Position numbers and translations under genes: made by a program | Notes under the pieces: model-generated | Told to the model about the DNA's origin: nothing | What the model saw: the letters and a program-made list of their open reading frames with translations, nothing else | Databases searched by the model: none | Shown: one piece after another, positions 1-12,482 of the stretch | How the letters are laid out: every line of letters begins with the position of its first letter | How positions within the stretch are numbered: position 1 is the stretch's first letter | Origin: Alphaproteobacteria bacterium | GTDB taxonomy: Bacteria; Pseudomonadota; Alphaproteobacteria; Methylaequorales; Methylaequoraceae | DNA length: 64,000 nucleotides | NCBI GenBank assembly: GCA_019650635.1 | Contig: BOXE01000001.1 | Span: forward strand, 76,193-140,192 | Direction of reading: 5' to 3'

Positions 1-1231
1 CCCAAGTGCTTTTGTTAGGACAAGAATTATAGAACAATACTTAGATATTATTAAAAGTTATTGGCTAGTTCAAAACCTAAAAGTTAATGATATTGAGATT
101 GTCATTACACAAGACAATAAAACCAAAATATCTGCAAAATCATCTTCAGAAATTAAGAAGGCTGAAACAAAAAATAAAGACTATAAGCAAGATGATATTT
201 TTAATTCTATAAGTTCAGATTTAGACACTAGGTTTACATTTTCAAATTTTATAGTCGGCAAACCTAACGAACTTGCATTTGCAGCAGCCAGAAGAGTGGC
301 AGAATCAAATGATGTTCCTTTTAATCCTTTGTTTCTTTATGGAGGTGTTGGTTTAGGTAAAACTCATCTTATGCATGCCATTGCACACGAGATAAAAGAG
401 AGGAAACCTCTAAGAAGAGTTATTTATATGTCAGCTGAGAAGTTTATGTATTATTTTATTAAAGCATTAAGATTTAAAAATACTGTTGCCTTTAAAGAAC
501 AATTTAGAAACGTTGATGTTTTAATGATAGACGATGTTCAATTCATATCTGGTAAAGATTCAACCCAAGAAGAATTTTTTCATACTTTTAATGCACTGAT
601 TGACCAGAACAAACAATTAATAATTTCTGCTGACAAGTCTCCCCAAGACTTGGAAGGTATCGAAGAAAGAATGAGATCAAGACTAGGTTGGGGACTTGTT
701 GCAGATATTCATCCACTCACTTATGAATTAAGGTTAGGAATTTTACAAGCAAAAGAAGAAAAGCTTACAGCTAGTATTCCTCCAAATATTTTAGAGTTTT
801 TAGCTCATAAAATAACTTCAAATGTTAGAGAGCTTGAAGGAGCTTTAAATAGGTTATCAGCATTTTCGTCACTTGTTGGGAGAGAAATTAATCTAGACAT
901 GGTTCAAGATCTTTTAAAAGATTTATTAAAATCTTCACAAAGAAAAGTAAATATTGAAGAAATCCAAAAGAAAGTTTCTCAGCATTTTAATGTAAAAATG
1001 TCAGACATGAGTTCATCTAGAAGATCAAGAACAGTCGCAAGGCCTAGACAGATAGCAATGTATCTTTCTAAAAATTTGACATCACGATCTTTACCTGAAA
1101 TTGGGAGAAGATTTGGTAACAGAGATCATACAACAGTAATACATGCAGTTAAAAAAGTTGAAGAATTAAGAAATAAAGATGATAGCTTTGACGAAGACGT
1201 TCAGTTACTGATAAGGATGCTAGAGTCCTAA
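1..1231 (+). CDS. dnaA: Chromosomal replication initiator protein DnaA, 5' end cut by the window edge
   Basis: The frame is open from base 2; the listed ORF 296..1231 is only its Met-start tail. Walker [11 protein letters not shown], Walker [10 protein letters not shown]-terminal DNA-binding motif RDHTTVIHA. Followed by dnaN-recF-gyrB. Confidence 0.97.
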   Translation, partial: PSAFVRTRIIEQYLDIIKSYWLVQNLKVNDIEIVITQDNKTKISAKSSSEIKKAETKNKDYKQDDIFNSISSDLDTRFTFSNFIVGKPNELAFAAARRVAESNDVPFNPLFLYGGVGLGKTHLMHAIAHEIKERKPLRRVIYMSAEKFMYYFIKALRFKNTVAFKEQFRNVDVLMIDDVQFISGKDSTQEEFFHTFNALIDQNKQLIISADKSPQDLEGIEERMRSRLGWGLVADIHPLTYELRLGILQAKEEKLTASIPPNILEFLAHKITSNVRELEGALNRLSAFSSLVGREINLDMVQDLLKDLLKSSQRKVNIEEIQKKVSQHFNVKMSDMSSSRRSRTVARPRQIAMYLSKNLTSRSLPEIGRRFGNRDHTTVIHAVKKVEELRNKDDSFDEDVQLLIRMLES

Positions 1232-1232
1232 A

Positions 1233-2339
1233 ATGGAATTTTCTATTTCCAAAAAAAATCTTTTAGAATGTCTTAACCATTTCCAAAGTGTTGTTGAAAA
1301 ACGAAACACTATTCCAATTCTGTCAAATATCAAACTAATAGTTGATGAAACAAATGGTTTGGAGATTACAGCAACTGATCTTGCACTGGAAGTAAGTGAA
1401 ACGCTTTCTGCAAATATAATAAAATCTGGTGGTATAACTATTCCTTCACAACTATTTTATGACATAATAAGAAAAGCTCCGGACAGCTGTAATATTGAAT
1501 TGAGAAAGGATGAAAAAGTCGACCTTGTCTATGTCGCTTTCAATGAATCTAGATTTTCAATCCCCACCCTTCCAGTTGATGACTTTCCTGTTATGGATCT
1601 TAATGAATTAGATACACAAATTGAATTAGAATCCGTTTCCTTGAAAGATTTAATAGATAATTGTAAGTTTTGTATGGGATTAGACGAATCTAGGCAATAT
1701 CTAAATGGAATTTATTTACATCTAAGTAAAAATTTAATTTCAACGGTTGCAACTGATGGCCACAGATTATCCAAAAGTTCACTTACCAAAGATTTTTCTG
1801 GAGATTTTGATGGAATAATTATCCCAAAAAAAACAGTTCTTGAAATATCAAAGATACTAGAGGAGTTTGAAGGAAAAATTTCTTTAAACTTTTCAAAAAC
1901 AAGACTTAAAATTCATCTAGGACATATTAAAATTATCACAAAGTTAATCAATTCGTCATTTCCTGATTATGAAAGTGTCATTCCAACTGCAAACGATCAA
2001 ATAATGGAAGTTGACTGTAAAAGTTTTAGTGAAAGTATAGATAGAGTGTCAACAATTTCGAATGAGAAATTTAGAACTGTAAAATTTGATGTTTCAAATA
2101 ATGTATGTGTAGTAAGCTCATTTGGAACCGAGAAGTCAATAGGTACTGAAAATGTCAAAGTAGGATACAGTGGACCAGCATTTTCAATTAATTTTAATTC
2201 TAGATATGTTCTAGATGTTTTAAATATTATAAAAGAAGGAAAAGTAAAATTCTTTTTTTCTAAAGATACTGCACCAACAATTTTAGAAACTCCATCAATT
2301 AAAAATTCCCTGTTCTTAATAATGCAAATGAGAGCCTGA
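1233..2339 (+). CDS. dnaN: DNA polymerase III beta sliding clamp
   Basis: 368-aa ORF starting 1 nt after the dnaA stop. Clamp-typical motifs ATDGHRLS and FPDYESVIP. Canonical slot between dnaA and recF. Confidence 0.94.
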   Translation: MEFSISKKNLLECLNHFQSVVEKRNTIPILSNIKLIVDETNGLEITATDLALEVSETLSANIIKSGGITIPSQLFYDIIRKAPDSCNIELRKDEKVDLVYVAFNESRFSIPTLPVDDFPVMDLNELDTQIELESVSLKDLIDNCKFCMGLDESRQYLNGIYLHLSKNLISTVATDGHRLSKSSLTKDFSGDFDGIIIPKKTVLEISKILEEFEGKISLNFSKTRLKIHLGHIKIITKLINSSFPDYESVIPTANDQIMEVDCKSFSESIDRVSTISNEKFRTVKFDVSNNVCVVSSFGTEKSIGTENVKVGYSGPAFSINFNSRYVLDVLNIIKEGKVKFFFSKDTAPTILETPSIKNSLFLIMQMRA

Positions 2340-2348
2340 AAATTTTTC

Positions 2349-3491
2349 ATGGAGAATAACTTAAGGATTACACAGCTTAAACTGAGTAATTATAGAAACC
2401 ACAAATTTTTACAAATAAATCCGACAAAAAATATCATTTTAATTAGTGGAAAGAATGGGGCTGGAAAAACTAATGTACTAGAGTCTATCTCTCTATTTGA
2501 TTCAAATACTGGTTTCAGAAACGCTAAGTTATCAGAATTAATACGATATGATTTGATTGGTCCTAAGGAGCTTTTTGGTGTAAATTTAAAAGTTTACACA
2601 GATAATAAAAATTTTGATGTAGGATTTGGATTAAAAGGTGAGTTAAATCTTGTTAAAAAGGTTATATCTATAGACAAAAGGAAAACGAGTTTAAGAAGCT
2701 TTTTCAACATTTTTTGGGTTTTACCACAAATGTCTCATTTGCTTCAGGGTAAACCGGAAGATAGAAGAGGTTTTTTGGATTTAATGGTGTCAGCTACAGA
2801 TGTTTCTTATAAAAAAAAATTATTAGATTATAAGAAACTTAAAAATGAAAGATTAAGAATTCTAAAAAATTTAGAAATTTCAAAAAATGATAAGTGGTTG
2901 GATGTAATTGAAAAAAAAATGTCCGAAGTAGGTGTTGTGATTTGCGATTCCAGAAGAATCTTTTTGGACACTCTAAATAAGTGCTTTATTAAAATTGATG
3001 ATCAAATTCCGATGTTAAATCTTAAATTAAATGGAACAGCTGATAGAATGCTTTTAGAAAAGCCTGCACTTTTTGTTGAGGAGTTGATCGTTAGGGAATT
3101 AAAAAAGAACAGATTAAAAGATTCAATTTCAGGACGAACAAACTTCAGTGTTAACAAAACTGATTTACTGGTCTATGAAAAAAAAAGTAATAAGGAGGGG
3201 AAAAACTTTTCTACAGGAGAACAAAAAATTATAATAATATCAATACTATTTTCGTTCCTTAATGCTTTAGAGAAAATCAAAAAGTCAAACGTCCTTTTTT
3301 TGCTTGATGATATATTCTCATATCTAGACACCAGATTTATAAGAAATATAATAGACAGACTTAATGAATTAAAACTCCAAACATGGATGACGGATGTAAG
3401 ATCAGATTCCATTCATCAGATAGAGAAATTTAAATCGAAAATTCATAACATAAATATTGATGATAATAGGTTTAAAGTTCTTAATAATTAG
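2349..3491 (+). CDS. recF: DNA replication and repair protein RecF
   Basis: N-terminal Walker A GKNGAGKTNVLE, SMC/ABC signature FSTGEQK, Walker B FLLDDIFSYLD. Sits between dnaN and gyrB. Confidence 0.9.
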   Translation: MENNLRITQLKLSNYRNHKFLQINPTKNIILISGKNGAGKTNVLESISLFDSNTGFRNAKLSELIRYDLIGPKELFGVNLKVYTDNKNFDVGFGLKGELNLVKKVISIDKRKTSLRSFFNIFWVLPQMSHLLQGKPEDRRGFLDLMVSATDVSYKKKLLDYKKLKNERLRILKNLEISKNDKWLDVIEKKMSEVGVVICDSRRIFLDTLNKCFIKIDDQIPMLNLKLNGTADRMLLEKPALFVEELIVRELKKNRLKDSISGRTNFSVNKTDLLVYEKKSNKEGKNFSTGEQKIIIISILFSFLNALEKIKKSNVLFLLDDIFSYLDTRFIRNIIDRLNELKLQTWMTDVRSDSIHQIEKFKSKIHNINIDDNRFKVLNN

Positions 3492-3513
3492 TTATAATAG
3501 TGGATAATTTTAG

Positions 3514-5940
<2,427 letters not shown>

Positions 5941-5972
5941 ATATAATTAAATTTTAAATTGGGTTAAATAAT

Positions 5973-7844
5973 TTGAAAGCTTTGAGGTGGTTGCTAGTTA
6001 TTTTTATCTGGCTTGTATTATTATCAAGCATGGCAGTCACTTGGTCTTTATTAAATTTACCTGAAACAGAATCCATTCAAATTTCTAGACAACCTAGCAT
6101 TACTTTTCTTGATAAAGATGGAAGGATTATTGCTTCCTATGGTGATATATACGGAAAGTCAATAAAGTATAATAATTTACCTGAAAATCTTATTAACGCA
6201 GTAATTGTTACAGAAGATAAAAGATTTTTTAATCATTTTGGTGTGGATATAAAAGGAGTTTTTAGAGCAATCTATGTAAATTTAAAAGAAAGAAGGATAG
6301 TTCAAGGCGGAAGTACAATCACACAACAGTTGGCTAAAAATCTTTTTTTGACTCCTGAAAGATCTTTTACACGAAAACTACATGAATTAATCCTAAGTTT
6401 GTGGCTTGAATTAAGATTTTCCAAGAAACAGATTTTAAGTATTTATTTGAATAGAGTTTATTTAGGATCTGGAACTTATGGTGTTCAAGCTGCCTCAGAA
6501 AAATATTTTAATAAAAAAGTAGAAGATCTAAATTTATACGAGTGTGCGGTCATTGCTAGTTTGCTAAAAGCTCCATCAAGGTATAACCCAATTGCTAATA
6601 AAAAACTGTCTCAGGAAAGAGCTTCTTTGGTACTGGAAAATATGGCAAAAAGTCAAATGATAAGCAAAGCCAAAGTCAAAGAAGCAAAGTACAATAATAA
6701 GAAATATTCTAAATTTACTACACCTCCCAAAAGTACAAGATACTTTATAGATTGGCTTCTTCCAAGAGTTAAGGCTTATGTTGGAGAAATAAATGAGGAT
6801 TTAATAGTCAGAACGACTTTGGATGTGAAGCTACAAAAAATTGCTGAGGATTCACTCAATAAAGTAACAGAAAATTTTCCATCTGCCGATCAATCAGCAT
6901 TAGTAAGTCTTAACCTAGATGGCGGTGTTATATCTATGATTGGAGGACGAGATTATGGTGACTCGCAATTTAATAGAGTAACTCAAGCAAAAAGACAACC
7001 AGGTTCTGCATTCAAACTTTTTGTCTATCTAGCTGGCCTGGAAAATGGCTTTGCACCTGATGATCTTGTTGTTGATTCAAAAATAGATATAAATGGATGG
7101 TCACCTAAAAATTATAAAGATAAGTATATAGGTGAGGTAAGTGTCAAAGACGCTTTTTCAAATTCTATTAACACTGTTGCTGTAAAAATTTCTGAAGATA
7201 TTGGAAGAGAAAAAGTAATCAAGATGGCCAAACTCATGGGTATAACAAGCCCGATCTTAAATTCACCATCTTTAGCATTGGGAACTTCCGAGGTCAATCT
7301 TTTAGAACTAACAGCTGCGTATGACGTTTTAGCTAATAATGGAAATGGGGTTTTTGTTCATGGAATTAGGTCAATGGAGAATACAGAAGGAAAAAATCTT
7401 TTCACCAGAAAGATTCAAGGGCCTGGCAAAATCTTAAACTCTTACACAGTGAAAACAATGACAGAAATGATGGAACAGACAATTATTAATGGTACTGGTA
7501 AAAAAGCAAAAATAAACAGACCCGCGGCTGGAAAAACTGGTACAAGTCAATCACTTAGAGACGCCTGGTTTGTAGGTTTTACTTCAAATATTGTTGTTGG
7601 GGTTTGGTTTGGAAATGATGATGACTCACCTATGGAGAAGATTACAGGTGGAACAGCTCCCGCTATCCTTTGGGGAGAGTTTATGAAAAAAGCCCATATA
7701 GATATTCAACCTCAAGCACTAAATTTTGGTATTCCAGATGATTCATTAGATCAAACTAAGTCAAAGATTAGAGAGATAATTGAGAAATCAAAGATTCAAC
7801 CAAAAAAAAACGTATTCGAATCAATATTGGACAACTTCTTTTAA
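5973..7844 (+). CDS. mrcA: Class A penicillin-binding protein (transglycosylase/transpeptidase, PBP1A type)
   Basis: N-terminal membrane anchor. GT51 motifs EDKRFFNHFGVD and GGSTITQQLAKN. Transpeptidase SxxK (SAFK), SNS and KTGT. Confidence 0.9.
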   Translation: MKALRWLLVIFIWLVLLSSMAVTWSLLNLPETESIQISRQPSITFLDKDGRIIASYGDIYGKSIKYNNLPENLINAVIVTEDKRFFNHFGVDIKGVFRAIYVNLKERRIVQGGSTITQQLAKNLFLTPERSFTRKLHELILSLWLELRFSKKQILSIYLNRVYLGSGTYGVQAASEKYFNKKVEDLNLYECAVIASLLKAPSRYNPIANKKLSQERASLVLENMAKSQMISKAKVKEAKYNNKKYSKFTTPPKSTRYFIDWLLPRVKAYVGEINEDLIVRTTLDVKLQKIAEDSLNKVTENFPSADQSALVSLNLDGGVISMIGGRDYGDSQFNRVTQAKRQPGSAFKLFVYLAGLENGFAPDDLVVDSKIDINGWSPKNYKDKYIGEVSVKDAFSNSINTVAVKISEDIGREKVIKMAKLMGITSPILNSPSLALGTSEVNLLELTAAYDVLANNGNGVFVHGIRSMENTEGKNLFTRKIQGPGKILNSYTVKTMTEMMEQTIINGTGKKAKINRPAAGKTGTSQSLRDAWFVGFTSNIVVGVWFGNDDDSPMEKITGGTAPAILWGEFMKKAHIDIQPQALNFGIPDDSLDQTKSKIREIIEKSKIQPKKNVFESILDNFF

Positions 7845-8425
7845 AGTAAAGATTGAATCTTTGAATCAAAATCACTTGGTCTAAAGTGAGTTAAATATTC
7901 ATCGTTTTTATCAACTAAAAAAAATAAGGAGCTATGATCAACTAAATAGTTTTCATCATCAGAGGAATTCTTATGTATTTTTACAAAAATTCTAAATTTT
8001 TTAATTACCTCTTGGATTTGACTTTTTGAACCTGTTAGACCAATGATAGAGGAATTAAAGTTCCCTAAAAAGCTTTTCAATTGTTCAGGTTTATCTCTAT
8101 CAGGATCAACTGTAATAAAAATAAAATCAAGTTTTTTTTTTAAATGAGGGTTTTTATCTATAAATTTTGATAACTTTAATATATCAAATGGGCAGACATC
8201 AGGACAATATGTATAACCGAAGTAAATCAACTTATTTTTATTTGAAGTTTTAGAGTCGAAATTCATTTCATTTTGATCAATCAATAAAAATCTGCCACCT
8301 AATTTAACCCCCTTTTCTGTTTTATCCTTTAAAATATCGATAAAAAAAATACCCAAAGCTATCACAACAACAAGAGATAGCATCATAATTGAATTTTTTT
8401 TAAAATTAATCTTATGTTTTTTCAT
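7841..8425 (-). CDS. SCO1/SenC family copper chaperone (cytochrome oxidase assembly)
   Basis: N-terminal TM helix, thioredoxin-fold CxxxC (CPDVCP) and the conserved downstream His (YLVDHSS). Confidence 0.85.
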   Translation of the reverse strand: MKKHKINFKKNSIMMLSLVVVIALGIFFIDILKDKTEKGVKLGGRFLLIDQNEMNFDSKTSNKNKLIYFGYTYCPDVCPFDILKLSKFIDKNPHLKKKLDFIFITVDPDRDKPEQLKSFLGNFNSSIIGLTGSKSQIQEVIKKFRIFVKIHKNSSDDENYLVDHSSLFFLVDKNDEYLTHFRPSDFDSKIQSLL

Positions 8426-9089
8426 GATTTTCGATAATAATATAAGATGGAGTGTTTAGATCCTCAATAATTTTAATATCATTTTTTAAATTTTTATTTT
8501 TTTCACATTTAATACTTAATTTTTTAATTTTTGTTGGAGATAAATTATCAAAAAAAGATTTCATTTGTTTTAATTCATCCTTATTTTCTAAAAAAATAAT
8601 AAGTTTTTCAAAATAAAAATTATCAATTATTCTTGTAAGTTTTTTTTTATTAAATTTTTTTAAAAAAGTAGATGAAAAGTTTTTTTCTCTATTTGTTAAT
8701 AATTTAGAATTTAAATTTAAACAATTTATAACTTTAATGACACCTGAAATGATTTCACAATTAATATCTTTTATTTTGAAGAAATTAATCTCTTGTAATC
8801 CTTCTTCATCTAAAACTGGATCACCGTCAACGAGATGACATATTATATCAGTAGATTCGAACAGTTCATAAATTTTCTCCCACAAACCTCTATCATTTTT
8901 CATGGAAAGATTTTCCTGAAAGTATATTTTTTTATTCTCCAATAATTCGAGGAACTTAGAATCAAATTTTTTGGATAGTACAACTACTTTAGCATGCTTA
9001 ACTTTTTCAATTGCCTGTAATGTACAATCCCCAATATCACTAGCATTTGTTCCAATTAGATAGAATTTTTTTTTGTTTTGTAATACCAT
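8412..9089 (-). CDS. Tetrapyrrole (corrin/porphyrin) methylase-fold protein with a divergent N-terminal SAM motif
   Basis: 225 aa. LIGTNASDIGDCTLQAIE replaces the usual GAGPGDPELLT-type loop. LVDGDPVLDEEG resembles the GGDP loop of SUMT/CobA-type enzymes. Lies near a CbiX-like gene. Confidence 0.5.
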   Translation of the reverse strand: MVLQNKKKFYLIGTNASDIGDCTLQAIEKVKHAKVVVLSKKFDSKFLELLENKKIYFQENLSMKNDRGLWEKIYELFESTDIICHLVDGDPVLDEEGLQEINFFKIKDINCEIISGVIKVINCLNLNSKLLTNREKNFSSTFLKKFNKKKLTRIIDNFYFEKLIIFLENKDELKQMKSFFDNLSPTKIKKLSIKCEKNKNLKNDIKIIEDLNTPSYIIIENHEKT

Positions 9090-9097
9090 ACAACCTT

Positions 9098-9682
9098 ATG
9101 AATAAGAAAATTATAGAAAAAAAACCATATTTTTTTTTTTTTTTCATAACAATTATTTTTTTAAATAAACCAGTTATCTCAATAGACGATAGCGATGTCT
9201 TGATTGATAGAGTTTTTATGACAGCTGTTAAAAAATCAAATTACAAAAAAGTTGAAGAAATGCTCGATAAAGATGCAGCGGTTAACTACAAAGACTCTAA
9301 AAATTTAGTTGCTCTTTCATATGCGCTATTAAATGATGACAGAAAAATGTTTAATCTTTTAGTTTCAAACGGAGCTAACACAAAGGTTACTATTCTTAAT
9401 AAGACTTCGTTATTAATTTATTATGTCAATATTCAAAAATATTCACTTATTGAAGATTTAGTAAAATCTGGTATTGATTTAAATTTCCAGGATAAATTAG
9501 GAATGACAGCTTTAATGCATAGCATTGAAAAGGGAAATGTGAATGCTGTAAACTTATTAGTGAGAGAAAATTTTGACAAAGATTTGACAGATTTTTCTGG
9601 TAAAACCATATTCGATTATGCTGACTCTTCCAGGAATTTATTGATTAAAAAGATGGTTAAAAGTCTAAATGTTTCTAATTAG
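9098..9682 (+). CDS. Secreted ankyrin-repeat protein
   Basis: Listed ORF is 9047..9682; the in-frame ATG at 9098 gives a basic-then-hydrophobic signal-like N-terminus (MNKKIIEKKPYFFFFFITIIF). Repeated ankyrin pattern, e.g. GMTALMHSIEKGNVNAVNLLV and LVALSYALLNDDRKMFNLLVSNGAN. Confidence 0.7.
   Translation: MNKKIIEKKPYFFFFFITIIFLNKPVISIDDSDVLIDRVFMTAVKKSNYKKVEEMLDKDAAVNYKDSKNLVALSYALLNDDRKMFNLLVSNGANTKVTILNKTSLLIYYVNIQKYSLIEDLVKSGIDLNFQDKLGMTALMHSIEKGNVNAVNLLVRENFDKDLTDFSGKTIFDYADSSRNLLIKKMVKSLNVSN
9130..9144. repeat. T15 homopolymer inside the signal-peptide codons of the ankyrin gene
   Basis: Counted directly: 15 consecutive T encoding part of YFFFFF. It is the longest homopolymer I found in the window. 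Confidence 0.9.
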
Positions 9683-10378
9683 TTTGTCAGAAATAATTTG
9701 AATAATTGGATCATAGTGTGCAATTGGAAAAATTTGCATAGTATTAAAATATTTTTCAAAGTATCTAATATTTTTCTTGAATAAATAACCATTAAAAAAA
9801 AAGACAGGATGAAGAATAATATTTTTTATACGAAGTTTTTTTAACTGGGAAAAAACCTCTTCCTCATCACCAACAAAATGAAATATTTTATTTTGAATAT
9901 TAAGGCTGGTTGATAACTTATTAGTATAATTTCGTAATTGATTAAATACAGTTTTATTTTTGCTAAATGAGCAGGATGTTATTAGGGTATCATATTCTTT
10001 GTATTGAGAATTAGTTATTATATCTTTTATATTTGGAAGTACATCTTTTAAAAGTGATACCTTAGTCACTATGTGAATTTTTTTTTCAAATTTTTGTGAC
10101 AAATTATTAACTTTTTTTTTTATATCTCTGATCATGTGTTTTCCGTCAAAAAGGAGAAGTGGGAAGAATAAAATTTTTTTGTATTTATGAATTATTTCAT
10201 CTAAACAGTCTTCAATTGATGGTTCATTTATTTCTATAAAACAATTGAAAACGTCGTACTGAATATTTTCTTCTAATTTTATCTTTAAGCCAAGCATTTC
10301 ATTTTTGTAGTCAGAATCTCTTGATCCATGTCCACACAAAATTATAGCATTTTCTTTATTTAATTTTTTTATAATCAT
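9665..10378 (-). CDS. CbiX/SirB-type sirohydrochlorin chelatase-like protein (two-domain form)
   Basis: N-terminal ILCGHGSRD and FPLLLFDGKHMIRDI match class II chelatase CbiX motifs. The second half repeats the fold without the His motifs. Confidence 0.7.
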   Translation of the reverse strand: MIIKKLNKENAIILCGHGSRDSDYKNEMLGLKIKLEENIQYDVFNCFIEINEPSIEDCLDEIIHKYKKILFFPLLLFDGKHMIRDIKKKVNNLSQKFEKKIHIVTKVSLLKDVLPNIKDIITNSQYKEYDTLITSCSFSKNKTVFNQLRNYTNKLSTSLNIQNKIFHFVGDEEEVFSQLKKLRIKNIILHPVFFFNGYLFKKNIRYFEKYFNTMQIFPIAHYDPIIQIISDKLIRNI

Positions 10379-11054
10379 CTATTTTATTTAGAATTTTAGA
10401 TAAATTAGATATGCCTTTCGAAATTGATTTATTTTTTAATATTTCTTCAGAAGTAAACTCTTTGCCATGTATAATTTGGTTTAAATCATTCCTTGGTTGA
10501 AGATATGTCCCTTCCAATGAACCCCCAACAAATAATCCGGAATTGTCTGAAAAGGAGTAAATATCTGCAAGTCTTAAAGTACTTTCAGCAGAGTATCCTA
10601 TTCCAGAATTTATTATTGCTGTATCAACATCAACTCCAAGTTTGACTCTTTCTTTTAAAATAGAGTTTAAACCTCTATTAGTCATTATTGTCATTGCAAC
10701 TTGCGCTGATTTCATTCCAATTTGAAGACCAAAACTTAATCCACCAATTGAATAAAAGAAAGGACCTGAAAATTCCTCGCTAGTTCTTCTAATAATTAAT
10801 ATTCCATTTCCACCCTTTGCTCCAAATATAAACCTCCTTCATATAATTCAGGAAATATTAAAATGGCTCGAGAATTTTTAAATATTCAGTAAGGTGAGTG
10901 AGTCACTATTTGATATTAAATTTTTAAGGCTATTTTCCGAAGAATGAATTAACTCGACTGCTGTGACTTTTTTGTCATTTTCTGAAAATGAAAAATTTGA
11001 GTATGAAAATGTAAAAATAAGAAATAATATAAATTTTAAAATGTAATATCTCAT
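10356..11054 (-). pseudogene. SYLF (Ysc84-like, DUF500) domain lipid-binding protein, reading frame interrupted (probable assembly artefact)
   Basis: ORF 10356..10715 carries the SYLF core (GIGYSAE...GLFVGGSLEG). The same protein continues upstream in other frames (GAKGGNGILIIRRTSEEFSGPFFYSIGGLSFGLQIG). A signal peptide begins at ATG ~11054. At least 2 shifts near 10830-10900. Confidence 0.6.
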
Positions 11055-11112
11055 TATAGATGAAATTTATAATACAAATTTTGTTAATATTAAGATATAA
11101 AAAAATGAAATT

Positions 11113-11535
11113 ATGAAAATAAATTTTTAGTTATCAGTTTGTTTTTCTTCATTTTTTGGTTTGAATTATCTGCTGGAGAGATCAGAATTCTAGTTTCAAA
11201 TATCGAAGAAAAAAAAGGAACAATTCATTATGGTGTGTATAATAATCCAAAACTATTTCCTGACGAGAGTGGAAAAATTCTTGGGGTTTTGAGGAAGTTC
11301 AAAGGTAATTGAGGATGGTTTGTTAATCGATGATCTTGAAGAGTCAAATTATGCAATTGCAATTTTTCATGATAAGAATTCAAATGATAAATTTGATACT
11401 TTTTTTTCAATACCAAAGGAAAAATTCGGGTTTAGCAATAATGCAAGAGTATTTCTAGGCCCTCCTAAATTTGAAGATGCATCAATCTTTGTTGGACAAA
11501 ATTCAATTGTTGAAATAATGATAGAACTGAGATGA
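11113..11535 (+). pseudogene. DUF2141 family secreted protein, frame interrupted
   Basis: ORF 11320..11535 (AIAIFHDKNSNDKFDTFFSIPKEKFGFSNN) plus an upstream fragment in another frame (GEIRILVSNIEEKKGTIHYGVYNN) together match my recollection of the DUF2141 pattern. The start coordinate is approximate. Confidence 0.5.
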
Positions 11536-12478
11536 AAAAAAGAGTTTTAGTTACAGGCGGAGCAGGCTTTATAGGCTCATTTTTGTGTGAAAGTTTAATA
11601 AAAAAAGGACACTATGTTATTTGTTGTGACAATTTTTATACCGGAAATAAAGAGAACTTAAAAATATTTACAATCATAAAAATTTTGAGCTATTACGTCA
11701 TGATGTAACATTCCCTCTTTATGTAGAAGTAGATGAGATTTTTAACTTTGCTTGTCCAGCTTCTCCGATTCACTACCAAAATGATCCAGTGCAAACCGTT
11801 AAAACTTGCGTTCATGGTGCTATTAATATGTTGGGTCTTGCCAAAAGAACTAAAGCAAGAATAATGCAAGCATCTACATCAGAGATATATGGAGATCCAG
11901 AAGTTCATCCTCAGAGTGAATCATACAAAGGTGCGGTTAGTATAGAAGGTCCTAGGGCATGTTATGATGAGGGAAAAAGGTGTGCTGAAACTATCTTTTG
12001 GGATTATCAAAGACAACATCAAATTGATGTTAAAGTTATAAGAATTTTCAATACATTCGGGCCAAGAATGCAACCTAATGACGGAAGAGTTGTATCAAAT
12101 TTCATTTTACAAGCACTTGCAAATAAAGACATTACTGTTTATGGAAAAGGAAATCAAACGAGGTCGTTTTGTTATATTGATGATTTGATTTCAGGTATAT
12201 TGATGATGATGGAGTTGGAAAATTTCTCTGGACCAATCAATCTTGGGAATCCTAGTGAAATCTCGATATTGGAACTAGCTAGCGAAATAATTGATTTAAC
12301 TGGTAGTAATTCAAAAATAATGTATGAAGATTTACCAATTGATGATCCTCAAATGAGATGTCCTGACATTTCTTTAGCAAATAAAAAATTGGGATGGTCA
12401 CCAAAATTTGATAGAAAAACAGGACTTAAGAAAACAATAAAATATTTTGATTCGTTACTTAAAAAGGAGTTAATTTAA
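11532..12478 (+). pseudogene. UDP-glucuronate decarboxylase (UDP-xylose synthase), one frameshift
   Basis: The ATG at 11532 overlaps the previous stop. N-terminal Rossmann [10 protein letters not shown], then a frame switch at the A5 run 11660-11664 into ORF 11789..12478. Catalytic YDEGKR present. Confidence 0.85.
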
Positions 12479-12482
12479 GGTT

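Noticed and set aside
1997-2350. Antisense or overlapping ORFs from the track. This one is an example; others include 3173..3412, 7112..7297, 12470..12754, 15511..15738, 20100..20345, 20840..21052, 21059..21331, 29654..29911, 31409..31612, 43113..43370, 48711..48974, 51652..51936 and 62178..62414.
   Set aside because: Each lies wholly inside a well-supported conserved gene on the opposite strand or in another frame. They have low-complexity, unrecognisable sequence and are typical shadow ORFs of AT-rich DNA.
3499-3507. A DnaA-box-like 9-mer (AGTGGATAA, reverse complement TTATCCACT) between recF and gyrB, raising the possibility of an origin near the dnaA cluster.
   Set aside because: It is a single copy with a mismatch to TTATCCACA in a 31-nt spacer, with no cluster of boxes or adjacent AT-rich unwinding repeats. 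Alphaproteobacterial origins are usually elsewhere.
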